Shown here: piece by piece, positions 8,675 to 17,492 of the stretch | Layout of the letters: each line of letters starts with the position of its first letter | Position numbering within the stretch: position 1 is the stretch's first letter | Assembly (NCBI GenBank): GCA_050010075.1 | Contig: JBEKLS010000003.1 | Location: 1-60,331, forward strand | DNA: 60,331 nucleotides | Direction of reading: 5' to 3' | From: Candidatus Binatus sp. | GTDB taxonomy: Bacteria; Desulfobacterota; Binatia; Binatales; Binataceae | Position numbers and translations under genes: made by a program | The notes under the pieces: model-generated | What the model saw: only the letters and a program-made list of their open reading frames with translations | Told to the model about the DNA's origin: nothing | The model's database searches: none

Positions 8675-9814
8675 CTAAACTGTGTCGAGTATCCAGTCTG
8701 CCATCAGATCGGTCGCCAGCGGCAGGTTATCCACTGAACAGTGTTCGACCCCGCCGTCTTCGGGACCGAGTACCACCAGCTTGCGACTCGAACTGTTCAC
8801 TGCGGCATCGTAGGTCTTTTGAGCTTGATCGACCGGCACCTGGCGGTCGTCGCGGCCATGCACGACCAGAAGCGGGCAGGTGATTTTCTCGGCGACGCCC
8901 TTCAGCGTGAGACGATGCATCTTGGCGGCGACCTCTTCCCTGGTAGTGCAGCCGAGAACCCACTTGATGTGGTCATCAAAATGCGGCACCGAGATTGCGT
9001 ATGCTTCACCTTGCCGTGCGCGGAGGGCCAGGACCTCGTCCACATCAAACACCGCGCCGTGTGCAACACAGAACTTGAGCCGTTTTTCGAAAGCGGCCGC
9101 CCGGGGCGCGTAGTATCCACCCAGACTTATGCCGTAGATTCCGATCCTGGAAGGATCAACCTCGGCGCGTTTTTCGAGATAGTCGATACACGCCGCTGCG
9201 GGGCGTTCGGTTTCGATTTCGGCTGGCAGTCTGTTCAGGCGCAGAGCGCCGCCGGTGCCGGGCTGATCGACGAAGAGACAGGCAAGGCCGCGCCGCGACC
9301 AATCGTCAGCCGCCGTCAGGTAAAGGAACTCCTTGATCGAATCGAGACCGTTGAACTGGATCACGCAAGGCGCCGGTCCCGGGGTGGCGGCAGGAACAAA
9401 AATAGCCGGGAGAAACGAGCCTGCGTACGGGATCTCAACCAGCTGGTGCGCATTCGGAGATAGTTCGATTCCTTTACGAAAAGCATCCAGGCCGCGCCGG
9501 TACGTTTCCATTTTAAGCGGGTCTGCTGGTGCAAGTGGACGTTCGGCCATCATGTAGTACAAAGCGCCCCGCAAATACTTGCGCGCTGCACTGATTCGAT
9601 GGTTGCCGGCCTCATCGCGCGCCGCCTGCCGATCAAGCTTCTCGCCGAGAGATTGCCAGCCCTTGGCCCAATCGAGCGTGACGCGGTCCGCCTCATTATC
9701 GGGGATGTCCCTGAATGGGCGGCAGACGTCATCGATTTCCGATATAACGCCGCCCGTCTGGAGCGCCAGTGCCATAGCCAGATTCGATGGATAGCTGCGA
9801 AAGTATTCGAACAT
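8675..9814 (-). CDS. alpha/beta hydrolase (FrsA/dienelactone-hydrolase-like)
   Basis: 379 aa. Nucleophile elbow IYGISLGGYYA. C-terminal LLVVHGRDDRQVP motif. ATG at 9814 with GGAG upstream. Confidence 0.8.
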   Translation of the reverse strand: MFEYFRSYPSNLAMALALQTGGVISEIDDVCRPFRDIPDNEADRVTLDWAKGWQSLGEKLDRQAARDEAGNHRISAARKYLRGALYYMMAERPLAPADPLKMETYRRGLDAFRKGIELSPNAHQLVEIPYAGSFLPAIFVPAATPGPAPCVIQFNGLDSIKEFLYLTAADDWSRRGLACLFVDQPGTGGALRLNRLPAEIETERPAAACIDYLEKRAEVDPSRIGIYGISLGGYYAPRAAAFEKRLKFCVAHGAVFDVDEVLALRARQGEAYAISVPHFDDHIKWVLGCTTREEVAAKMHRLTLKGVAEKITCPLLVVHGRDDRQVPVDQAQKTYDAAVNSSSRKLVVLGPEDGGVEHCSVDNLPLATDLMADWILDTV

Positions 9815-9844
9815 GGTGAGTCTCCTTTTGCCTGGATGTTCGTG

Positions 9845-10492
9845 TCATTGATCGAGCGGCGCTCGCAAAACGGCCAGGATCATCGTGAGCAATCGCGATC
9901 GCAGTTCGCGCTCGGAGAGAGCGAATCGGGACGGCTCCACATCTCCGAAAATAATGCGCTGCTGCATAACGGCCATCGCGGCCCGAAGCGCGAAATCAGT
10001 GCGGCGCGCGACCTCCTCATCGTCGAGGCCGCGCAGTTTGCCCTGAATCAACTGGGTAACGCGTTGCGAAAAATGGCGGATCATTTCAGCCGCGCGCAAG
10101 GCTACATCGGGGTCGGCCGCTGCCAGCACGGCTCGATGGAGATTCTTGCGCCGGCTGAATGTTTTCATGGCCTGAACAAGTGCGGTTTCGACCACCTCGG
10201 GGACGCTGGCGCTCTGCAAGTGCGACGGCTCGAAAGCTCGATCGATCTGCTCGATTACCTCTTCGCTGTGAAGCTGATGTGCGGCGAGCAGCAGCGCGCG
10301 CTTGTCCTCGAATCGCGCATAGATCGAGGTCACGGCCGCATCAGCGCGTCGCGCCAAATCGGCAATCGTGATTTCGTTGAACGGCCGCGCCTCGAGCATG
10401 GCCAGGAGCGTCTTCAGCACGCGCTGCATGGTGCCGCGGCTGCGAGCCTGTTGCGGGAGCGAGATCCGTTCGTGTCTCAGTGTCCGCACCAT
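9845..10492 (-). CDS. TetR/AcrR family transcriptional regulator
   Basis: 215 aa. N-terminal HTH FNEITIADLARRADAAVTSIYARFEDKRALL. Confidence 0.88.
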   Translation of the reverse strand: MVRTLRHERISLPQQARSRGTMQRVLKTLLAMLEARPFNEITIADLARRADAAVTSIYARFEDKRALLLAAHQLHSEEVIEQIDRAFEPSHLQSASVPEVVETALVQAMKTFSRRKNLHRAVLAAADPDVALRAAEMIRHFSQRVTQLIQGKLRGLDDEEVARRTDFALRAAMAVMQQRIIFGDVEPSRFALSERELRSRLLTMILAVLRAPLDQ

Positions 10493-10497
10493 TATGT

Positions 10498-10518
10498 AAT
10501 TGTAATACCATTACAATT
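10498..10518. promoter_or_regulatory. candidate TetR operator (perfect 9-3-9 palindrome)
   Basis: AATTGTAAT-acc-ATTACAATT lies 6 bp upstream of the tetR start codon. Flanked by further TGTAAT/TGTAAA repeats in an AT-rich patch. Confidence 0.45.
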
Positions 10519-10738
10519 CTGTAAATGCAAGTAGCCTCCTGCGCATCCCGCCAACTCCAGTTGTTAGAGCTAAAGGCGAATTACTGATTTCTGTCCTGCC
10601 TGAACAGCCAGCCGCCCGAGCCCGGAATAATCGAAGGCCGCGCGCTGGAGTCGATCCAGCAGCTCGTCGTCCGACAAATTTGACCGATCAACCACGCTGA
10701 CCTGCGATTTCCCGAACTAAATAATTGGAGAGCTTGTC

Positions 10739-11320
10739 CTAACTCTGGCTCGGTTGGACGGTTATCGTCGTGAAAACAGTTGTCGTAAGTCCTTGCGCAC
10801 TAGTGAGACTGAGTGTGCACAAATAACTACCGGGATGCTGGTAAACGTGGAGCATGTATACGCTGGCTTGCATCACCGATACCGCGCCATCGCCGAAGTT
10901 CCACTCATAGACCAGCGAGCCTTGGCGATTTGCCAATCCGACATAGAAGTCGACCGTGAGCGGCCCCCTTCCATTGACGGGCACCGCCAGCAAAGTCGCG
11001 GTGATCCCCGACTGGGTCGCGATGCCGGCTTTCGCTGGCAGGTTCGGCTGTATCGTCTTACTGGAGTCGCTGGGTACCGCAGTGGTCTCCACCTGGGTCG
11101 AATCGGCTGCTTCGGACGGCAGGCTCGGCGGAATTGGCGTGGCTGAGTCGCTGGATACAGTCGCGCCCTCCGCCGAACCGGCAGATGGTGGAGGAAGAAG
11201 GGCCGTCCCATAATTCTGTGCGAACGCAGCCGCGCCGAAAATAGTCAGTTCCACCGTCAGCGCAATCCAAAGAGACATGCAGATCAGAGCCTTTCGGACG
11301 ATGTGCACGTTCGCGATCAT
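10739..11320 (-). CDS. small secreted/membrane-anchored PKD-domain protein
   Basis: 193 aa. N-terminal hydrophobic segment, Ser/Pro/Thr-rich linker, then a PKD-like domain with YEWNFGDGA. Its ATG overlaps the emrB-like stop (ATGA). Confidence 0.7.
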   Translation of the reverse strand: MIANVHIVRKALICMSLWIALTVELTIFGAAAFAQNYGTALLPPPSAGSAEGATVSSDSATPIPPSLPSEAADSTQVETTAVPSDSSKTIQPNLPAKAGIATQSGITATLLAVPVNGRGPLTVDFYVGLANRQGSLVYEWNFGDGAVSVMQASVYMLHVYQHPGSYLCTLSLTSAQGLTTTVFTTITVQPSQS

Positions 11321-12930
11321 TCCGCGCTCGCCGGTGCCGCTTTCGGATCGTTCTTCTTAAGCAGCAGCGCGAGCGGCACCATGACCATGGCAACGACGGC
11401 GAGCAGCCATGCTACGTCGAGGTACGACTGCACCGTAGCCTGCGTGATTACCGAATTGTAAATGCGCAATGTAGTTTGACGCGCCGCTTGAGGCTGGCTC
11501 AGACCGCGGTGAGAAAGTTGTGCGCTCAAGCCGTCCGTCGCGTTGCGATAGGACTGCCGCGCGCGGGTGACATGCGAAACGAGTTCATCCTGATGGAACT
11601 GCGAACGCCGGGCGATCATGGTCTCGACCAATGAGATGCCAACGCTGCCGCCGAGATTGCGCAGCAGATTGATGATCCCGGAAACCTCGCCGCCTTTTTC
11701 CTGCGGAAGGCCCACGTAGGAGACGGTGTTGATTGGGACGAAGAGCAGCGCTAATCCGAACGCTTGCCAGACTTTGTACATCGATGCGGTGCGGAAATCG
11801 ATCTGAAGATCAATGTTGGTCATGCGGTACGCCGCGATCGCAGATAGCAGAAAGCCCACGGCGATCAACCAACGCGCGCTAATACGTCCGACCAGCTTTC
11901 CGGCAATGGGGAACATGATGAGCAACACCAGACCTTGCGGCATCTGGGTCAAACCAGCCAGCCCCGCGTTGTACCCCAGGAACTCCTGAACGAACTGCGG
12001 AACGAAAACCGTGACTGCATAGACCTGAACACCTAAAACAAACATCATCGCGGCCGACCCGGCAAAATTGCGGTTCTTGAACAGCCGCAGATCCAGTACT
12101 GGCTTGGACCGCGTCAATTCCCAGACCACGAACAACACCAGTGCCACCGGAAATATCACAGCCAGCGTCGCAATCAGGGGCGAGTGAAACCAGTTGTCTT
12201 CCTGGCCCTTGTCGAGCACCACCTGCAACGCCCCCAGGCATAGCGCGAGCACGCTGATTCCGATGTAGTCGAGGCTCAGGTGCCCGCGCGCCTTCTTTAC
12301 CTCCTCAATGAGGTAGGCGGGATCTTCCACCAGACGGGACACCAGCAGCAACGAAAGTATGCCCATCGGTACGTTCATGTAGAAGATCCAGCGCCACGAG
12401 TAAGTGTCCGTGATCCAGCCGCCGATCACCGGTCCCATTGACGGCGCCAGCACCACCACCATCCCATACACTGCAAACGCGGTTCCAAACTGTTTGGGAG
12501 GAAAGGTGTCCTTCAAGATCGATTGCGACACCGGTTGCAGCCCGCCGCCCGCCGCTCCTTGCATGACGCGAAACAGGACCAGCATCCCGAGCGAAGACGC
12601 CATGCCGCAAAGAAATGAACTCACCGTGAAGAGCACCACCGATGCCATGTAGTAGCGCTTGCGTCCGAACCGGATTGAGAGCCATCCGCTGATCGGCAGG
12701 ACGACTGCGTTGGCGACCAGGTACGAGGTCAGCACCCAGCTCGCATCAGTTAGACTGGAGGACAGTCCTCCCGCCATGTAGGGCAGCGCCACGTTGGCGA
12801 TGCTGGTGTCGAGCACCTCCATGAATGCGGCGATTGAGACCACCGCCGCGATAATCCACGGATTGATCAGAGGCTTTGCGGGAGTTGCGGACGAAGCCTG
12901 CCCAGCGATGTCCTTTGGCGCTGCGGCCAT
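11317..12930 (-). CDS. emrB: DHA2-family MFS drug efflux permease (EmrB/QacA type)
   Basis: 537 aa. Typical N-terminus FMEVLDTSIANVALPYMAGGLSSS and a length consistent with 14-TM DHA2 pumps. Confidence 0.88.
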   Translation of the reverse strand: MAAAPKDIAGQASSATPAKPLINPWIIAAVVSIAAFMEVLDTSIANVALPYMAGGLSSSLTDASWVLTSYLVANAVVLPISGWLSIRFGRKRYYMASVVLFTVSSFLCGMASSLGMLVLFRVMQGAAGGGLQPVSQSILKDTFPPKQFGTAFAVYGMVVVLAPSMGPVIGGWITDTYSWRWIFYMNVPMGILSLLLVSRLVEDPAYLIEEVKKARGHLSLDYIGISVLALCLGALQVVLDKGQEDNWFHSPLIATLAVIFPVALVLFVVWELTRSKPVLDLRLFKNRNFAGSAAMMFVLGVQVYAVTVFVPQFVQEFLGYNAGLAGLTQMPQGLVLLIMFPIAGKLVGRISARWLIAVGFLLSAIAAYRMTNIDLQIDFRTASMYKVWQAFGLALLFVPINTVSYVGLPQEKGGEVSGIINLLRNLGGSVGISLVETMIARRSQFHQDELVSHVTRARQSYRNATDGLSAQLSHRGLSQPQAARQTTLRIYNSVITQATVQSYLDVAWLLAVVAMVMVPLALLLKKNDPKAAPASAE

Positions 12931-12933
12931 CGC

Positions 12934-14235
12934 TTACCAGAAGGTCTGTGGGTGGCCTGTTACCCACACTGTCGATTCCACCGACATTCCGGGACTCAAG
13001 CGATGGTCCGCGTTTTCTCCGGAGTACAGGCGAATCCGGACCGGCAATCGCTGAACGACCTTAACGTAGTTGCCGGTGGCGTTTTCCGGGGGCAGCAGGC
13101 TCTCCACTTCGCCGGTCGCGGCCGGCATGCCTTCGACGTAGCCCTTGTAGTCGCGTCCGGTCGTGTCGACGTGAATCGTAACCGGCTGGCCGCGACGCAT
13201 TCTGCGCAGCTGCGTCTCGCGAAAATCAGCAGTAATCCAGATGTCGTTAAGCGGCACGATCGAAAGCAGTTGCTCAGCGGGTTGTAGACGCTGGCCGAGT
13301 TCAACCGTCTTGTCGCCGACGACTCCAGAAGCGGGCGCAATGATATGCGTGTAGCTCAGGTTGAGCTTGGCCTGATCCAGCGAAGCTTGCGCGGCCTGCA
13401 CCGCCGCTTCGGCCTGGCCAATCATCTTCCCCGCCGCCGCGACCGCCGCCCGGTCCGAATTGACACCGGCCGCATCGACCTTGCCGGTCATGACGAATTC
13501 GTCATTGGCCTCGCGCGCAATCACGCCTTGCTCGAGAAGCTCGCCATAGCGCTTCACGTCCACTTGAGCCTTGACATTGGTGGCGACGGCGGCGGCGACA
13601 TTGGCGACGCCAAGAATGTAGTTCTGCTGCGCCGCTTTCACGCCCTGCTCAGCCTGGGCGAGGTTGGCTGCGGCGTTTTCGACCGAGACCTGATAGTCGC
13701 GCGGATCGAGGTCGACCAGCGCTTGCCCCTCTTTCACGTCGTAGGTGTTCTCGACGTAAACGCGGACGACGGTGCCGTCGATGCGGGTGCTTATCGGATC
13801 AAGATGCCCATCGATCTCGGCATCATCAGTCGATTCGTACGAATGCACATAGTTCCAGAAGCGCAAGCCACCCACGCACAACAACGCCGCAGCAACCAGC
13901 GCCACTATCAGTAAGACAGGATGCCGGCGGACAACACTCCCGACGCCGCCAGCGGGAGGCTTCGGATGCGCGTCATCGCTTTTCTTGTCCTTCTCTTGAT
14001 TGGCGTTCTTGTCCTTCTCTTCTTTGGTGTCTGTATCCTTCGATGGCGGCGTTCGCTGCAGAGCCTCCTGTTGGTCCCGCAAGCGATCCACTTCAATCCG
14101 CAGCTGCCCAATCTCCGCGTGAAGACCGAGTTGATCTTCCGGAACCGAAGGCTCGGTCCGGTGCGCTTCGCCATTGTGCGGCAGCGCCCCATTTGCAGCC
14201 TTCTCCGTATCAGTGGGGTGCCCATTCTTATCCAT
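12934..14235 (-). CDS. emrA: HlyD/EmrA-family membrane fusion protein with long charged N-terminal extension
   Basis: 433 aa. EmrA-like core: STDDAEIDGHLDPISTRIDGTVVRVYV, coiled coils, YTHIIAPASGVVG. About 100 residues precede the TM helix, including the K/E/D-rich TDTKEEKDKNANQEKDKKSDD. Confidence 0.85.
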   Translation of the reverse strand: MDKNGHPTDTEKAANGALPHNGEAHRTEPSVPEDQLGLHAEIGQLRIEVDRLRDQQEALQRTPPSKDTDTKEEKDKNANQEKDKKSDDAHPKPPAGGVGSVVRRHPVLLIVALVAAALLCVGGLRFWNYVHSYESTDDAEIDGHLDPISTRIDGTVVRVYVENTYDVKEGQALVDLDPRDYQVSVENAAANLAQAEQGVKAAQQNYILGVANVAAAVATNVKAQVDVKRYGELLEQGVIAREANDEFVMTGKVDAAGVNSDRAAVAAAGKMIGQAEAAVQAAQASLDQAKLNLSYTHIIAPASGVVGDKTVELGQRLQPAEQLLSIVPLNDIWITADFRETQLRRMRRGQPVTIHVDTTGRDYKGYVEGMPAATGEVESLLPPENATGNYVKVVQRLPVRIRLYSGENADHRLSPGMSVESTVWVTGHPQTFW

Positions 14236-14903
14236 TGCTGAAGTCCTATGTGGTGATCCGCGCTAATCCGCTTGGTGCATCTACGGACTGCGAATCGGGA
14301 GCTCGAGAAGCTGGCCGAATCGTTCGCCCGCTGCGATCTGAACGCCGTTTCAAAAGAGAGACCTATTGCGGCGCACCAGTCAGGACAAAGAGCGCCCTTT
14401 AAGTGACCGTAGCAGATGCGGTGCTCGGCTCATTTCGCCATCCGAACTATTGGTTATTCAGATGACAAATCGTTCATCGAATCTTGATGGAGTCGCACGC
14501 ATGCTTTCCTTGGGCGTTCATGAAGATACGCGCAACAGCGTGCCGAGATTCTTCGACCCAAAGTCGGAACGACAGATGGTCGTGCAGCTTTCAGGGCTTC
14601 AGAAATCATTCGGACACGCACCCAGTTAGCAGCTCAATTTGCGTCGCGAACGTTAAGAATCGTTCCTCTTGTAACGCGCTGGCGGTGGCGTCAACTCACA
14701 GAAGCACTAGATTGATCATCGTCGGCCTCTCCTCCCCCGGAGACCGATGGCACGCTTGGCCACATGCCCTTATGGTGAAGTCAACGCGTGCCTTTCTTTC
14801 TGAGTATTAGTAAACGCCAGCCGAAGGAGCGGTACGATGGCCGATAGCCCCCGACCCTGGCAGCAAGTCAACAGACAGTAACCGACTGCGGGAAGGATTA
14901 AAT

Positions 14904-15329
14904 ATGCTTCGCAATGAAGAATTCATTAGAGAACTTTACGCCGCCGCAGAGGGGCAAGGAATGGATATAGAGAAGTTTGTCTCTCTCTTCTCTGAGGAAG
15001 GATACATGTACGACATTCCTTCCGACAAAAAGTTTCGCGGGCAGGCCATTGGTGACTCTATTGCCGCCCTCGCAAGTGCATTTCCTGATGTCCACCGTGA
15101 GTTATTGAGCATCTACGTCGCGGAGAACGTCGTCGTCGTCGAGCTTAGAATTCGGGGGACGCATAAAGGTGAGCTGGCCCTTGGTTCTAAACCTATAGCT
15201 CCCACGGGCAAGGTAATAGATGTCCCGTGTGTCGATGTTTTTCACCTCGAGAGTGGAAAGGTCACATCCTTTAATTGCTACAACATGCCTTCCGTAATGC
15301 AGCAACAGCTTGGCGTCGGTCTCGGCTGA
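14904..15329 (+). CDS. SnoaL-like ester/polyketide cyclase family protein
   Basis: 141 aa. AFPDVHRELLSIYVAENVVVVELRIRGTHKGEL...PTGKVIDVPCVDVFHLESGKV matches the ester-cyclase/SnoaL pattern. ATG with GGAAGGA upstream. Confidence 0.8.
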   Translation: MLRNEEFIRELYAAAEGQGMDIEKFVSLFSEEGYMYDIPSDKKFRGQAIGDSIAALASAFPDVHRELLSIYVAENVVVVELRIRGTHKGELALGSKPIAPTGKVIDVPCVDVFHLESGKVTSFNCYNMPSVMQQQLGVGLG

Positions 15330-15377
15330 ATTACCGACACCGGGCGATCCGATGTAGAGAGAAATGGAGAGATCTCG

Positions 15378-15794
15378 ATGAGCATTCAGAAGAATGTCCA
15401 GATTGTGAAGGACTTTTTTGCAGCAATGGGCGGCAGCGATAGGCAAGGTCTGCTGGCGTTGTGTGCCGAAGATATTGAGTGGATCATTCCGGGCGAGGAC
15501 TGGCCGCTGGCCGGCAGGTACCGCGGGCACGCGGGATTGGCGAACTTGCTTCAGAAGGCTTCCAAAAATCTGGAAACTTCATTCCCAAATCCCCCCGAAT
15601 TCGTAGCGCAGGGAGACCGGGTTCTGGTCGTCGGTTTCGCTAGGGGGAAAGTCAAAGCCACGAACAGGACGTTCGAGGACCACTTTGTCTTCGCCATTAC
15701 CGTTCGAAACGGCAAACTGACGAACATCCAGGAGTATGTCGACACGCAAGCACTGGCGCGGGCCTCCGAGATGGACGCGAGTCCCAGGCCCTAG
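15378..15794 (+). CDS. NTF2/ketosteroid-isomerase-like protein
   Basis: 138 aa. NVQIVKDFFAAMGGSDRQGLLALCAEDIEWIIPG... plus C-terminal FAITVRNGKLTNIQEYVD. Confidence 0.8.
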   Translation: MSIQKNVQIVKDFFAAMGGSDRQGLLALCAEDIEWIIPGEDWPLAGRYRGHAGLANLLQKASKNLETSFPNPPEFVAQGDRVLVVGFARGKVKATNRTFEDHFVFAITVRNGKLTNIQEYVDTQALARASEMDASPRP

Positions 15795-15832
15795 CCCATC
15801 GAGACCGATACCACACGAAAAGGAAGAGTACG

Positions 15833-16375
15833 ATGACCGACAGCCCCCGACTTTCATCGCAACTCGCTGCAATTCCAGCCGACGACCCCAAGCGTAACCT
15901 CGTGCTTGTGCGACCGGATGACCCAAATCTGCCCCATACTGGTTTGGTGGGAGACACCTACACCGTCCTTCTGACGGGCAAGGATACCGCCGGCCGTTAC
16001 TGCCTTGTCGATATGCATGTCCCGCCGTGCGGCGGGCCGTCTGCTCATCGCCATGATTTCGAAGAGATGTTCACCCTGCTCGAAGGGGAGATCGAGTTCA
16101 CCTTCCGTGGCGCAAAAATCGTCGTGCGAGCTGGCGAGACTGTCAACATTCCGGCCAATGCACCGCACTTCTTTCGGAACGCCTCTGGGCGCCCCGTGCG
16201 ACTATTATGCATGTGCTCGCCGGCCGGCCAGGAAGAGTTTTTCATCGCTGTCGGTGTCCCCGTCGCCAGCCGCACCGAATCCCCGCCAAAGCTCGACGAG
16301 TCCGCGCAAAAGGCGTTCCTGGCGAAAGCACAAGCACTTGCCCCGAAATACCGGACGGAGCTCCTGAAGCCTTGA
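15833..16375 (+). CDS. cupin domain protein
   Basis: 180 aa. Cupin motifs GGPSAHRHDFEEMFTLLEGEIEF and GETVNIPANAPHFFRN. Confidence 0.8.
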   Translation: MTDSPRLSSQLAAIPADDPKRNLVLVRPDDPNLPHTGLVGDTYTVLLTGKDTAGRYCLVDMHVPPCGGPSAHRHDFEEMFTLLEGEIEFTFRGAKIVVRAGETVNIPANAPHFFRNASGRPVRLLCMCSPAGQEEFFIAVGVPVASRTESPPKLDESAQKAFLAKAQALAPKYRTELLKP

Positions 16376-16437
16376 AAGCTTCGAAGGCCTGACTCGAGCA
16401 CGTATAAGAACATGCGCCAATCGAGAGGAGCTCGAAA

Positions 16438-17295
16438 ATGAAAATTCTTGCAATCGGTGGCACCGGTAACGTCGGCTCAGAGGTCGTAAAGGAGCTGAAG
16501 AAGCGCAATGCGGATGTTCGCATTCTCGTACGCAAAAAGGACAAGGCATCTCCAGAAGGCGTTGAGGTTGCGGTAGGTGATCTGCTCGATCCGGTTTCCG
16601 TTCAACAGGCGCTCCACGGAGTGGATAAGCTCTACCTGCTGAACGCCGTCACTCCCGATGAATTGACGCAGGGCCTTATCGCCTATGATCTGGCGAAAAG
16701 GCTGAAGCTGAAACATATCGTCTATCACTCGGTCTTCCGCGTGGAGCACTTCAAGGATGTTCCGCACTTTGCCTCGAAGCTCGCTATTGAAACCGCCATG
16801 CGCGAGTTCGATGTCCCGTTCACGGTCATTCGTCCGAACTACTTCTTTCAGAACGATGCAACCTTGAGAGACTCGCTGACAAAAGCTGGCATCTACCCCA
16901 TGCCTCTCGGCCAGGTGGGCATTTCCGCAGTCGATATCCGTGATATTGCCGAAGCCACCGCGATTGCACTGACCTCCGACGGACATTTCGGCAAAACTTA
17001 CAACCTCAACGGCCCTGAGGTTCTGAGTGGTCCAAAGACGGCGTCGATTTGGAGTGGACTGCTGGGCAAGGAGATTCGCTATTCCGGCGACGATATGGAT
17101 GCCTTCGAGGAGCAGCTGAGAAAGCGGGCGCCATCATGGTCGGCGTTCGACATCCGCATGATGTTTCAGGGATATCTCGAACGTGGCTTCGTCGCGGGGG
17201 CCGGAGACATCGAGACCTTGACGAAGCTGCTGGGGCATAAACCTCGTCGATACGAAGACTTTGCTAAAGAAACCGCCCTAGAGTGGAAGCATTAA
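16438..17295 (+). CDS. NmrA-family NAD(P)-binding protein
   Basis: 285 aa. N-terminal Rossmann motif MKILAIGGTGNVGSEVV. NmrA-like FTVIRPNYFFQN. Confidence 0.85.
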   Translation: MKILAIGGTGNVGSEVVKELKKRNADVRILVRKKDKASPEGVEVAVGDLLDPVSVQQALHGVDKLYLLNAVTPDELTQGLIAYDLAKRLKLKHIVYHSVFRVEHFKDVPHFASKLAIETAMREFDVPFTVIRPNYFFQNDATLRDSLTKAGIYPMPLGQVGISAVDIRDIAEATAIALTSDGHFGKTYNLNGPEVLSGPKTASIWSGLLGKEIRYSGDDMDAFEEQLRKRAPSWSAFDIRMMFQGYLERGFVAGAGDIETLTKLLGHKPRRYEDFAKETALEWKH

Positions 17296-17492
17296 TAGGA
17301 GCAACGGATATAGATTTTAACGCCCAGGAAGAAAAACGGCTAGGCCACAATCGGCGCCCAAAGTCCTGGTCGTTGCGAGCATCGCAGTTCGGACCGAGCG
17401 CCTCGGGTCGCATCGAGGCTCTACTACCTTGTCTGGTTTTGCGCTGATCAACTTCGCAGTTGATCGTCGAATGGCCGATCGCGTCTGGAACT

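Noticed and set aside
14366-14810. Two overlapping plus-strand ORFs (87 and 108 aa) in the 660-bp gap upstream of the SnoaL-like gene
   Set aside because: The translations are Ser/Cys/Arg-rich and not protein-like, codon position 3 is not GC-enriched, and there is no RBS. The region is more likely non-coding or decayed sequence. I could not recognise a riboswitch or sRNA fold by eye.
17446-17465. Perfect hairpin GATCAACT-tcgc-AGTTGATC between the convergent NmrA and TauD genes, as a possible terminator
   Set aside because: The 8-bp stem is AT-rich, and neither strand has a U-tract following the stem. It is not convincing as an intrinsic terminator.
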